Shown: piece by piece, positions 1 to 10,900 of the stretch
How positions within the stretch are numbered: position 1 is the stretch's first letter
Layout: each line of letters starts with the position of its first letter
DNA from: an uncultured delta proteobacterium
GTDB taxonomy: Bacteria > Desulfobacterota > Binatia > Binatales > Binataceae
NCBI GenBank assembly: GCA_963832395.1
Contig: CAWHTV010000007.1
Coordinates: forward strand, 796,395-860,394
Direction of reading: 5' to 3'
Length of the DNA: 64,000 bases
Program-made: the position numbers and the translations under genes
Notes under the pieces: model-generated
What the model saw: the letters and a program-made list of their open reading frames with translations, nothing else
The model's database searches: none
Told to the model about the DNA's origin: nothing

Positions 1-930
1 GCGATTGCCGGAGCCGAGCGCGCCGATCTTCATGTTCATCCCGAGCCGATGGCGGATCGGACCGTTGACCACGATAGTCGGCGTGGCGCCGGCCGTGGTC
101 GCCATCACGCCGTGGATATTGAATTCGTCGGTGCAGACCGCCTCGAGCACCGCGATCACCACCGGCAAATACTCGGGCCTGCATCCGGCCATCACGGCGT
201 TGGCCGCGACCTTCTCGATCGTGAGCGGCGCCAGATTCGGCGGCACGGTCGCGATCACTTCCTGCGGGTCGCGCCGCGTCCCGGCGAGCATCCGCATCAC
301 GCGCTCGGGCGTGGGCGGAACCACCGGCAGGCCGTCGGTCAATCCGCGCTCGAACATGAATTCGAACGGGTCTTCGTCGGCGCCAAGCTCGATCTGGCGC
401 GCGCGCAGGCGTGAACCCGAAGCCTCGGCGGCGAGCCGTTCGGCAACGCCCGGCTCGACCGACTTCGAGCCGCATCCGGGACGCGACTCGGGATAGGCGC
501 TCCAATCGATTTGCGAGCTCGGGTCCGCCGGCCAGATGCGCCGCCTGGGAAAGCACGCTCTGCCAGTCGGACTTGCCGAAGCCCTCGAAACGGCGCAGCT
601 CGGCGCCTCCGGCGGCCGCCAGAATGATCGTCGGAACGATCTCGACATTGTAGGCGTAAGAGACTTTCAGATCCGAGTCGTCGAGCATCGGCGCCGTGAG
701 CTTGATGCCGCTCGAGAAGCAGCGCGTTGCCCGCCGCGTCCTGACCGATCGCCAGCACGTCGACTTCGCCGCGAAACGCCTGCGACGCTGCTTCGATAAG
801 CGGCATCGTCATCCCGCAGGTCGGGCAATCCTCCTTGACGAAACACAGCAACGCGCGCCTGTCCGCCAGGAAATGAATGCGCGCGGCGATGCTGGTCGAT
901 GAGCGAAAAGCTCGGCAAGGAATCCGGCAT
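1..930 (-). CDS. Thioredoxin-fold (redoxin-like, CPTC) domain fused to a conserved C-terminal domain of unknown function. The C-terminus lies outside the window and the gene is frame-disrupted.
   Basis: Minus-strand ATG at 930 (MPDSLPSFSLIDQH...). It continues as IHFLADRRALLCFVKEDCPTCGMTMPLIEAASQAF (CxxC thioredoxin fold), then KLTAPMLDDSDLKVSYAYNVEIVPTIILAAAGG. It then reads IDWSAYPESRPGCGSKSVEP...GLPVVPPTPERVMRML...FNIHGVMATTTAG through to base 1. The segments lie in different frames, with switches near ~870, ~705 and ~505. Confidence 0.5.
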
Positions 931-1002
931 CTGAATCGCTTCGGACGCGGCGCGAAATGAGCGCCCTGCTCGGCTGTGAATCCCCCCGCCGCGCGCGCTT
1001 TT

Positions 1003-2243
1003 CTAGTGCTTGCCCACCACGAAGGCGCAACTGGTCGTGCCGCTGCCACCGATATTGAGCATCGCGAAGCGCTCGGCGCCCTCGACCTGGTACTCGCCCG
1101 CCGTCGCGGTCACCTGGCGATAGCAATCGAGCATCTGGCGCACGCCGGTGCCGCCGACGGGATGTCCCACGCCGATAAGGCCGCCGCTGGGGTTGATCGG
1201 CATCCTGCCGCCCATCTCGATCGCGCCTTCCTCGATCGCCTTCCACGACTCGCCCGGCTTGGTGATGCCGAAGTGGTCGATCGCCATGTACTCGGACGTC
1301 GTGAAGCAATCGTGGGTCTCGATACCCGAGACCTCGGTGACGCCGGAGAGGCCGGCGCGGCGAAACGCGTCGAGGATCGCCTCGCGCGTATGCGGCAGTA
1401 CGTAGGTGTCTGTCGCGGCTTTCGGCGATCTTCTTGTCGAATTCGATCGGCGCGGTGTGATGGCCCCAGCCGAGGATGCGCGGCAACTCGCTCGAGTTTC
1501 AGGTTGCGCCGCTTCGCATACTCGGCGGCGAATTTCTCCGAGGCCAGGAACAGCACCGCGGTGCCGTCGGTCACCTGCGAGCAGTCGCGCACCTTGATCC
1601 GGCCCGCGATCGGTTGGTCGAACTTTTTCGCCTGCTGCGGATCGCTCTCGCTGCGGGGCCACGCGCGCGTCTGCGCGAGCGGGTTGCGCCGGGCGTTGGA
1701 GAAATTGATCGACGAGATGTGCGCCAGGTATTCGTCCTTGAGCCCGTAGCGCTTGTCGTATTCGTCGCCCAGGCGCCCGAACAGCGCCGGGAACGGATAA
1801 GCAACTCCCTTGCATTCGCGCTCGTACCATCCCGCGGTGCCGAGGAAGTCGCCGCCGGTCGCGGAATCGACGGTTTTCATCTGCTCCAGGCCAACCACCG
1901 CGGCAAGGTCGTAGTGGCCGGCTTCGATATCGGCCGAGGCGGCGAGGATGGCGATCGAACCCGAGGCGCAGGCGGCCTCATGGCGCGAGGTCGGGATGCC
2001 GAAGAATTCCGGGTCGACCTCGAGGAAGAAGGCGTTGATCTGGCCCTGCTTGCCGTAGAGTTCGGCGGCAAAGTTGCCGACATGAGCGGTCTGGATTTCG
2101 CGCGGCTCGATTCGCGCCTGTTCCATCGCGGCGTTCACCGTCTCGCGCATCACGGCGGAAAAGTGCTTGCCCTCCTTGTTCCAGTTGCGGGCGAAGTCGC
2201 TCTGCCCACCGCCGAGAATATAGACGCTCTCTGACTTGGCCAT
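1003..2243 (-). CDS. Thiolase-like protein (SCP-x / acetyl-CoA acetyltransferase superfamily), frame-disrupted
   Basis: ATG at 2243 ([21 protein letters not shown]). It contains HEAACASGS with the Cys nucleophile. The C-terminus reads [20 protein letters not shown]...[19 protein letters not shown] with the stop at 1003. The conserved parts are split over ORFs 1110-2330, 809-1486 and 1003-1830 (switches ~1490 and ~1415). Confidence 0.8.
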
Positions 2244-2487
2244 CGATGAATCTCCTTGCTGAATCGCGCCGCGTATCGTAACGCGCTGCTCGCAAACCGG
2301 CCGCGCTGTACAAACAACGTGCACGCTCAACTAATCGCTTATCGGTCTAGGCTAGCGCACCCTCTGCCCTTAGCGCCATCGGGGTGCCAGCCTATGCGCA
2401 CGCCGGCGGCTTTGCCGTAAGCGTCGCGCGCGGCTTATAATGGTGCAACCGGGAAGCGACACTCTGGACGCACGAAGGGAGCGGGCT

Positions 2488-2688
2488 ATGAAATCGATGT
2501 CGCTTAAGGCATTCGCCGCGATGATGCTGGTCGGAGTGCTGGGCACGGACGGCTACGTGCTGGCCAACGCGGGCCGCAACGCCGATACTCCCGCCTGCTG
2601 CCAGAGCAAGCAGGCGTGCTGCCCGTCACAAGCGTGCTGCAAGGGCGGCAGCCACGGGGCACAGTGCCCGATGCGTCGGCACGCCTAG
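2488..2688 (+). CDS. Small secreted cysteine-rich peptide (66 aa; three CC doublets)
   Basis: GAAGGGAG Shine-Dalgarno-like motif 5-12 nt upstream of the ATG at 2488. Signal-peptide-like MKSMSLKAFAAMMLVGVLGTDGYVLA. The mature part is NAGRNADTPACCQSKQACCPSQACCKGGSHGAQCPMRRHA. A TTATAAT box lies at ~2436. Confidence 0.5.
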   Translation: MKSMSLKAFAAMMLVGVLGTDGYVLANAGRNADTPACCQSKQACCPSQACCKGGSHGAQCPMRRHA

Positions 2689-3022
2689 AAAGCGCGCGCA
2701 GAACGACATACCAGGAACCGGCCGCAAGTTCCAATCTGCCTGTTGATAAGTCTGTCGACGGTCTGTGGACAGGCGCTTGCAGTAAGATACGGATTTGAGA
2801 CGAGAGCCTTCTCTTTGACCTCGCTCCGAGAGGCTGGACTGTAGCTACAGGTCTCGATAAGCCTCCTCGTCGTTCACCGAATTCCACTCGGGCAAAAGCT
2901 CTTCTAGGCCCAAAAGGAATTCGATATCGAACGGTTCGTTTCCGCCGTCTTCTTGAGGTGCCACGCTGTCAGCCTAACTGACAATTCTGGCCGATAATAT
3001 CTCTCCGATAATGGCTACCCGC

Positions 3023-4542
3023 CTACGGTTCGTACCACTCGCGGCCGTCGGCGCGAATCAGGTCGTCGGCCGCCTTCGGCCCCCAGGTTCCGGCCGCGTA
3101 AGGCTCCAGCGGAACCGTCGGGTCGCCCTGCCACTGATCGAGAATTCCCTGCACGAATTCCCACGAGCGCTGGACGAAACGAGAGCTGAGGAACAGCGTA
3201 TGGTCGCCCGCCATCACGTCGAGCAGCAGCCGTTCGTAGGCGTCGGGCGAGTCGCCGTCGAACTCCGCCGAGTAGCGGAGGTCCATCCGCACCGGCTGAA
3301 TCGAAAGATCCAGGCCGGGCCGCTTGGCCAGCACTTCGAGTGAGAAGCCCTCGTCGGGCTGGATGCGGATCGCCAGCACGTCGGGCGGCAACGAGACGCG
3401 GCGGTTGAACAGGATTTCGGGTACTCGCTTGAACTGCACGAAGATGGTGCTCGCGCGCCGCGGCAGACGCTTGCCCGTGCGCAGGTAGAACGGCACCCCG
3501 GCCCATCGCCAGTTGTCGACCATGCGCCTTTAGGGCGACGAAAGTCTCGGTGCGCGAAGTCTCGCGGATGCCTTCCTCCTGGAGATAGCCGGGAACGCGC
3601 TTGCCGTCGAGCTCGCCCGCCGCGTACTGGCCGCGCACCACGAGCTTGCGCACGTCGCCGGGATCGATGGGGCCGCAGCGAACGGATGGCGTTGACCTTG
3701 GCGCCGCGCACCGCGTCGGCGGCGAGCGACACCGGCGGCTCCATCGCGGTCAGCGACAGCACTTGCAGCATGTGGTTCTGCACCATGTCGCGCAGCGCTC
3801 CGGCGCCGTCGTAGTACATCGCGCGCGTGCCCAGCCCTTCCTCCTCGGAGACGGTGATCTGGACGTGGTCGACGCGGCGGTTGTTCCAGAAGTCCTCGAA
3901 GATGCTGTTGGCGAACCGCAGCACCATCAAGTTCTGCACGGTCTCCTTGCCGAGATAGTGGTCGATGCGGAAGATCTGGCTCTCGTCGAAATACTTGCGC
4001 ATCGCGCTGATGATACGCAGCGCGCTGTGCAGGTCGTGGCCGATCGGCTTCTCGACCACGATTCGAGTGAAATAGGGCGCCTCGGGCGGCGCGATCAGTC
4101 CGGCGCCGTGGAGCTTCTCAACCGTCTCGGTAATCGCCTCGGGCGGAAGCGAGAGGTAGTAGATGCGGTTGGGCGGCAGGCCACGCGCCTTTTCGATTTC
4201 CTCCAGGCGGCTCTTGAGGCGCGCGAACCCGTCGGGACGGTCGAGTCCCGAGAGGTAATCGAGGTTCTGCGCGAAGCGGTGCCAGCAGTCCTCCTCGATT
4301 TTCAGGCGCGAGTAACGCTCGGCCGCCTCGCGCGCCTTGGTGCGAAACGCCTCGAGCGACATCTCGCGGCGCGCGAAGCCGAGGATTGCGCTCTTGGGCG
4401 GGATCGCCTTCTGGCCGCAATGCTCGAGGTTGTAGAGCGCGGGCAGCAGCTTGCGCGCGGCCAGGTCGCCCGAGGCGCCGAAGATCACGATCGTGCAAGG
4501 CGGCACGGGATGGGTTTCCGCGATAGTCCAAATCTGGCTCAT
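3023..4542 (-). CDS. zwf: Glucose-6-phosphate 1-dehydrogenase, frame-disrupted
   Basis: MSQIWTIAETHPVPPCTIVIFGASGDLAARKLLPALY (NADP site) and RIDHYLGKETVQN (G6PD signature). The middle segment is PIDPGDVRKLVVRGQYAAG...ETFVALK. The C-terminus is DNWRWAGVPFYLRTGKRL...AAGTWGP. The three segments sit in ORFs 3214-4644, 3015-3653 and 3023-3523. One switch is an extra C in a CCCC run at ~3680; the other is at ~3525. Confidence 0.9.
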
Positions 4543-4749
4543 AGGTGTCAATTCCTTTCGATGAATCGTGACATCCGTAGCCGGACCTTCGAGTTCGACC
4601 GTTACGAGTTTGACCGTTCTCTTACCCATGCTAGCCTTGAGCACTGGCCCAACGAAATAGTGCGCTCACGATGAGGGGCCGTGCGCGCTCAAATGAGTTG
4701 AATTATGACAAGGACCGAGGAATGAGCGGCGCGGTCGCGGTAAATTCAG

Positions 4750-5166
4750 GTGAATCGAACCGAACGATCGTTGAACAAATGGATGCCGGTGCTGCCGTGG
4801 GCGATCGTCATGTTCGGCCTTTCGACTTCATATTTCTCGTCTGACAACACGTCGAGATTCATCGACCCGATCCTGCGCTTTCTGATGCCGGGAGCCTCGG
4901 CGGCAACGATCGCGCTCGGGCATGGCTTCGTGCGCAAGGCGGCGCACTTCACCAACTACGCGATCCTGTTCTGGCTGCTGGTGAGCGGGCCGATGCGCGA
5001 GCGCCCCTACCGCGCCTTCGGACTGTGCGTGCTCTATGCGTTTCTCGACGAAGGCCATCAGATGTTCGTGCCCGACCGCACGCCGTCGCTCTACGACGTG
5101 GCGCTGGATTCGACCGGCGCGCTGTTCAGCCGCTTCCTGCATGCGGCCGTGATCGAAATCGCCTAA
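4750..5166 (+). CDS. VanZ-family membrane protein
   Basis: Intact 138-aa ORF with 3-4 hydrophobic helices. It carries RKAAHFTNYAILFWLL and YAFLDEGHQMFVPDRTPSLYDVALDSTGAL, typical of VanZ-like proteins. Confidence 0.7.
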   Translation: MNRTERSLNKWMPVLPWAIVMFGLSTSYFSSDNTSRFIDPILRFLMPGASAATIALGHGFVRKAAHFTNYAILFWLLVSGPMRERPYRAFGLCVLYAFLDEGHQMFVPDRTPSLYDVALDSTGALFSRFLHAAVIEIA

Positions 5167-5868
5167 GCGCCGGTATCGTCCAGCGCCGCCGTGATGCGAT
5201 CGACGCGGCCGTAGAACTCGCGCAGCCGGGGAAGTTCGTGCGGAATCTTGAGCACGCCGGTGAGCGCGAGGAAGTGGAGCTGGCCGTATAGCGCGAAGTC
5301 GGCCAGCCCCGCCCCGCCCAGCAGGAACGCGCCGTGCTCGAGCGCCATCTCGAACGGCGCCAGCACTTCGCGTACGCGCAGCAGGTTGGCCTCGTGCTCG
5401 CGTTCCATCCGTTCGCAGAATCCCACTCCGTACTTGCGCTCGCGAATGAAGCGAAACAGCGCGAGGCGGTCGGCGCCTTGCCGCGCGAAGTACTCGTCCT
5501 CGTCGGGCACCGCGGCGCAAAACAGCGCCTCCTCGACTTCGCTGTCGATGTAACGGGTGAGCGCCAGATGCAGGCCGCGGCTGCGCGGCGGGAGAATCGT
5601 CGGCTCGGGGCACAACTCCTCCAGGCGCATCGCGATACGGTCCGAGTCGACGACCGTCTCGACCCCGCCACCCTGGACGTCCTCGCCATTCCTGGACATG
5701 TTCGAGCCGCAGCGCCGGGACCATGATTTGGCCCGAGGCCGCGATCAATTCCTTGCGCTCGACGTAGTCGACCTCGACGATCTGGTAGTCGAGTCCCTTG
5801 TAGTCGAGAATCTTGCGCACCTTGGAGCAGAAGGGACTGGTTGCGAACTGGTAGAGCGTGGCCTTCAT
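5163..5868 (-). CDS. Glutathione S-transferase-like protein (thioredoxin-like N-domain + GST C-domain), frame-disrupted
   Basis: N-terminus MKATLYQFATSPFCSKVRKILDYKGLDYQIVEVDY...QIMVPAL (GST_N/glutaredoxin-like). The C-terminal helical domain is ...VVDSDRIAMRLEEL...LAPFEMALEHGAFLLGGAGLADFALYGQLHFL. The two halves are in ORFs 4828-5868 and 5163-5699 (switch ~5700). Confidence 0.65.
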
Positions 5869-5928
5869 TTTTGTTATCCCGTTTGTTGTCCGTCGATTTT
5901 GTCCCGCGGTCTCTTCCCGCGCGCGCCG

Positions 5929-6818
5929 TCAGTGCTTGAGCATCTGCGCCATGGTGGCCGCGTTCATCACGCCGAAATTGCTGTAGCAGTTATTGAAGAT
6001 GACACTCGCGCGCCGCACGCCGGAAAGCGACTTCAACCGCTCGGCCCACGGCGCCAGTTCGGCTTCCGCATAGAGATACTTGAAACGCTCGGCGGCGCCA
6101 CCGTCGCGCTTGTACCAGTTCTCGCGGTTGCGGCCATGGAAGCGCACGTAGGCCTCGGAGCCGGTGACCTCGAAGATCGACTCCACGGTTCCGGGTGGAG
6201 TGTCGATCGAGACGAAGGTGAGTCCGTGGCGGTCAAGAAAACGGATCGTCTCGGCCTTCTGCGCGCCCTCGAACCAGCTATTGTGGCGAAACTCGATCGC
6301 GATCGCCGCGCCCGGCATCCGCTCCTTGAGCCCGGCGATATAGTCGAGGTTGGAGGCGCGCGCGGTGAAGTACGGCGGAAACTGGAACAGCAGATGGCCG
6401 AGCTTGCCGGCGGCGCGAAGCGGCGTCAAGCGCGCTCCAGAACATCCCGAAGGCCATCTCGAGCGCCTGGGACGGTGGGATGACGCAGGCGCGGCGCCGC
6501 GCGCTCGTCCGCCGACAGCATCGACTTCAGCGCGGCCGGGAGCCGCGCCGTGACCACCGGATGCTGCGTCAGCATCGCGAAGGCCTTGATGTTGAAGACG
6601 AAGCCGGGCGGCGTGCGTTCGGCCCATAGCTCGGCGTTGCGCTCGGAGATTAGCGCGTAGTAGGTGGCGTCGACCTCGACCGTGTTGAACTGCGCGGCGT
6701 AAAAGCGCAGCCGCTCCTCGGCGGTCTTGAGCGCGGGCGGATAGAAGACGTCCGACTTCACCAGCGTCGGATCGGTCCACGAGGCGGTGCCGACCAGGAA
6801 TTGCGGCCGCGACGGCAT
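5929..6818 (-). CDS. DUF72 family protein (UPF0759), frame-disrupted
   Basis: MPSRPQFLVGTASWTDPTLVKSDVFYPP...RLRFYAAQFNTVEVDATYYAL, then GHLLFQFPPYFTA...IAIEFRHNSWF...YVRFHGRN...WYKR...YLY. It is split between ORFs 6426-6818 and 5929-6987 (switch ~6450). Confidence 0.75.
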
Positions 6819-6830
6819 ACCCGCTTCGCG

Positions 6831-7730
6831 TCAGGCGAACATGTTCACCGCTTCGAGGCCTTGTCCGAGAGTCGACTTGAAAATCTCGAAGAGCTTGTCG
6901 ATGTCCCAGGGGCCGTCGCTGAAGATCACGCGTTCCGTCTTGATGTGCGTGTAGCGCGTGATCCGGTAGCCGGACGCGCCGAAGCATTGCCCCGTCACCT
7001 CCGCCGCCTGGTCGCTCGCGAGAAAGACGACGATCGGCGCGACGTTGGCTGGATCGCGCGGCGTGCCCTCGGCGCTCTCGCTCACCGCCAGGCCGCTCAC
7101 TCCGGGCATCCGGCCCGCCGGGATCGAGTCGGTCATCCGGGTCGCCGCGCCGGGCATGATCGCGTTGACGGTGATGCCGTACTTCTGCAGCGACGTCGCG
7201 CAGCTATAGGTGAGTCCCAGGATTCCGGCCTTGGCCGCGGCATAGTTGGGCTGGCCCGGGCTGCCGAGCGCGGAGTTCGACGAGAAGTTGATGATGCGTC
7301 CGGTCTTGCGCTCGCGCATGTGCGCGCTGGCCGGACGAATCGTGCAGTAGTGGCCCTTGAGATGGACGCGGATGACGTCGTCCCACTCCTGCTCGGTCAT
7401 GTTGAAGATCATCCGGTCGCGCAGGATTCCCGCCACGTTGACCAGGATGTCGAGCTTGCCGAATTCCTTGATCGCCTGGTTGACCAGACCCTCGCCGCCC
7501 GCCACGCTCGCGATATCCAGATGATTGGAAACCGCCTTGCCGCCCGCCGCCACGATCTCCTTGACCACGTCGTCGGCTGGCGAGACGGTTTCCTTCTGTC
7601 CCGCAAGGCTCACGCCGAGATCGTTGACCACCACCGCCGCGCCCTGAGCGGCCAGCGCGCGGGCCACTCCGCGGCCGATACCACGTCCGCCGCCGGTGAC
7701 GGCGGCAACTTTACCGTCAAGCTTACCCAT
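6831..7730 (-). CDS. SDR-family oxidoreductase
   Basis: Intact 299-aa ORF with TGGGRGIGRG (cofactor loop), NVAGI and YAAAKAG (YxxxK). AGGAG lies upstream of the ATG at 7730. Confidence 0.85.
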   Translation of the reverse strand: MGKLDGKVAAVTGGGRGIGRGVARALAAQGAAVVVNDLGVSLAGQKETVSPADDVVKEIVAAGGKAVSNHLDIASVAGGEGLVNQAIKEFGKLDILVNVAGILRDRMIFNMTEQEWDDVIRVHLKGHYCTIRPASAHMRERKTGRIINFSSNSALGSPGQPNYAAAKAGILGLTYSCATSLQKYGITVNAIMPGAATRMTDSIPAGRMPGVSGLAVSESAEGTPRDPANVAPIVVFLASDQAAEVTGQCFGASGYRITRYTHIKTERVIFSDGPWDIDKLFEIFKSTLGQGLEAVNMFA

Positions 7731-7740
7731 CGCTACTCCT

Positions 7741-7775
7741 GATTTTATTCCTGGATTTTATTCCTGGATTTTTCC
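7741..7775. repeat. 13-bp tandem repeat (gattttattcctg x2 plus a partial third copy) in the 5' leader of the SDR gene
   Basis: Read directly: 7741-7753 and 7754-7766 are identical, followed by gatttttcc. Confidence 0.9.
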
Positions 7776-7999
7776 GCAGAACTCGAATCCGCTTATAGCG
7801 CAAATCTTCGCCGTCGGAACAGTCCCGCGCGCCAGCCGAGGGCGACGTAATTCCCTTGAGGGGAAGAGAGATAGCCAACCTCGCTGCGCCGCTATTATAA
7901 GGCAATGGAGTCTACGGCGATCGCCTTTGCGCAGCCCGCTGCCCCCTCGCGACACCGGGTGATACAAGAAGGGTTAGTCATTGTCTCTTAGGTAATGCG

Positions 8000-10900
8000 A
8001 TGCGCTGCACCAAGTGCGGGACCGAAAGCACGACGGGCAAGAAATTCTGCGCCGAGTGCGGGAGCCCGCTGTTGAATCGCTGTTCGAGCTGTAGTTCCGA
8101 CAACCCACCGGGCGCGAAGTTCTGTGCCGATTGCGGCAATTCGCTCAGCCAGGACGTGCGCACGCAAGGCGGCAAGCTATCCGCGACGAAAGCCGGCGGC
8201 AGCATTCGCGTCGCGTCGGAGCCGCAAACTTCGGAAGCCGTCGAGGGCGAGCGCAAGACGGTCACCGCGCTGTTTGCCGACATCAAGGGCTCGACGGAGC
8301 TGATGCGCGATCTCGATCCCGAGGAGGCGCGCGCGATCGTCGACCCGGTGCTGCAGCTCATGATGGCGGCGGTGCATCGCTACGGCGGCTACGTTGCACA
8401 ATCGACCGGTGATGGGATCTTCGCAATCTTCGGCGCGCCCATCGCGCACGAGGACCATCCGCAGCGGGCTCTGCATGCGGCTTTGGCGATGCAGGAGGAG
8501 TTGCGTCGCTATGCCGACCGTCTGCGCACGGAAGGCAAGATTCCGGTCGAGGCGCGGGTCGGGGTGAACACGGGCGAGGTGGTGATGCGAACGGTCGAGA
8601 CCGGAGGCCACACCGAATACACGTCGGTCGGGCATGTGACCAATCTGGCGGCGCGAATGCAGACGGTGGCGCCGGCGGGTTCTGTTGCGGCAAGCGAGGC
8701 GACGCAGCGATTGTGCGAGGGCTATTTCGAATTCCGGGCGCTGGGGCCGACGACCGTCAAGGGACTCGACGCCCCGGTCGAGGTGTACGAGGTGGTGCGC
8801 GCCGGGCCGCTGCGCACGCACTTCCAGCTCTCGGCGCGGCGCGGGCTGACGCGGTTCGTCGGGCGCGAACGCGAGATGGGGGCGATGGCCGGGGCGCTGG
8901 AGCAGGCCAGGGCGGGACACGGGCAGATCGTTGCGGCGGTTGGCGAAGCGGGCGCCGGCAAGTCGCGCCTGATGTACGAGCTCAAGGCCACTATCCCGGA
9001 CGGATGCAAAGTGCTGGAGGCGTACTCGGTCTCGCACGGCAAGGCGTCGGCCTGGCTGCCGGTAATCGAGCTGCTGAAGAGCTATTTCGATCTCGCCGAC
9101 GAGGACGACGACAGTCTTCGGTCTGCGAAGGCCGAGGCCAAAGTGCTTGCTCTCGACCCGGCGCTCGCGGAGACGCTTCCCTACATCCTGAGCCTGCTGG
9201 GTATTGCTGGCGCGGGTGCGTCACTGGCGATGATGGACGCTCAGATAAGGCGCCGGCGCACGCTGGAGGCGATCAAGCGTATCATCATCCGTGAGAGCCT
9301 CAAGCAACCGCTGGTGGTGATCTTCGAGGATCTCCACTGGATCGACACAGAGACCCAGGAGCTTCTGGACCTGCTCGTAGACAGCGTGGCTAGTGCGCGC
9401 ATCCTCATGTTGGTCAACTACCGGCCCGAGTACCGTCATGAGTGGGGCAACCGCACCTGTTACACCCAGTTGCGTCTCGATCCGCTGGGCGGTCAGAGCG
9501 CCGATGAGATGCTTCACGAGCTGCTCGGCGGGGATGCAAGCTTGCAGTCTCTGAAACGGCTGATCATCGATAAAACTGAGGGTAATCCCTTCTTCATGGA
9601 GGAGATTGTGCGGGCGCTGATCGAGCAAGGTGTGCTGATCCGCAATGGCGCCACCAGGCTGACGAAACCGCTGACCGAAATTCGCATCCCCGCCACCGTC
9701 CACGGCATCCTGGTCTCACGCATCGACGCACTACCGGCGTCCGAGAAAGGTTTGTTGCAGACCTTGGCGGTCATAGGCAAGGACTTTCCCCAGAATCTGG
9801 TCAAGCAAATAGCAGCCAGCTCGGACGATCGGCTGGAGCCGATGTTGAAAGACTTGCAGGCCGGCGAGTTCATCTACGAGCAACCCGCAATGGGCGAAGC
9901 GGAATATACCTTCAAGCATGCGCTAACACAGGAGGTGGCGTACAACTCCGTACTGATGGAGCGCCGCCGGCTTTTGCATGAGCGCACGGGCGAGGCGATC
10001 GAGGCGCTGTTCAAGGATCGGATCGACGATCACCTGGCCGAGCTGGCCCACCATTACAGCCGCAGTGCCAATACGCGGAAGGCTGTAGAGTATCTGTTTC
10101 GTGCCGGGAGTCAGGACGAAGCGCGTTTCGCTTACTCCGAAGCGGTCAGCCGGCTTTCCAGTGCCTTGGGGTTCCTCAAGCATCTGCCCGATGACGCCGC
10201 AAGGGCGCGCCAGGAGCTGACAGTGCTATCCGCCTTAGGCCGAAGTCTTGGCGTAGTAAAGGGCTGGTCGGCGCCGGAATTGGAGCCTGTGTATGCGAGA
10301 GCGCGCGAGTTGTGCGCGCAAATCCGCGACCCAGTTCTCGCCTTCCCTGCCCTTTGGGGACAATGGGTAATACGTTGGTGGAAGCTGGAGCTGCACACCG
10401 CTCTGGAACTCGCCGACGAGCTTCTGGCCGCCGCCGAGGATGCGAAAGACCCGGCAATGTTTCTGGTCGGCAACCACGCGCGCGGTACTACCCTTTATTT
10501 CCTCGGCGAGTTTATCTCTGCGATTGAGCACCTGGAGAAAGCACTGGCCGTTTTTGACCTCCGGCAACCTCTTCCCGAGGAGTTGGAGGCACGTAGGTTA
10601 GATTCGCGCTTCTTCTTGTACTTTACTCTGCGGATAGTTGGCTATCCCGATCGTGCCTGGGCGATATCGCGTCAGGTGCTGGAGACGGCTCAGCGGTCTT
10701 CCGATCCTAACGTTCTGGCCCAGGCTTCCTGCTTTGAGGCCATGAACAACTTGATCGTTGGGGACGGCACAGCGGCGCAAAAGTACGCCGAAGAGTCGAT
10801 GGCGCTCAGCGAGGAGAGAGGGCTCGTGAGCTTTTCGGCCTTCGCGACCACCGTTAGTGGTGCCGCTCTGATCATCCAAGGGCGCTACGAGGAGGGCATC

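Noticed and set aside
1487-1494. 4-bp tandem duplication (ctcg x2) as the cause of the thiolase frameshift
   Set aside because: Removing one copy restores [10 protein letters not shown]. Deleting a single base in the same spot does so as well. A 4-bp repeat in GC-rich DNA is expected by chance.
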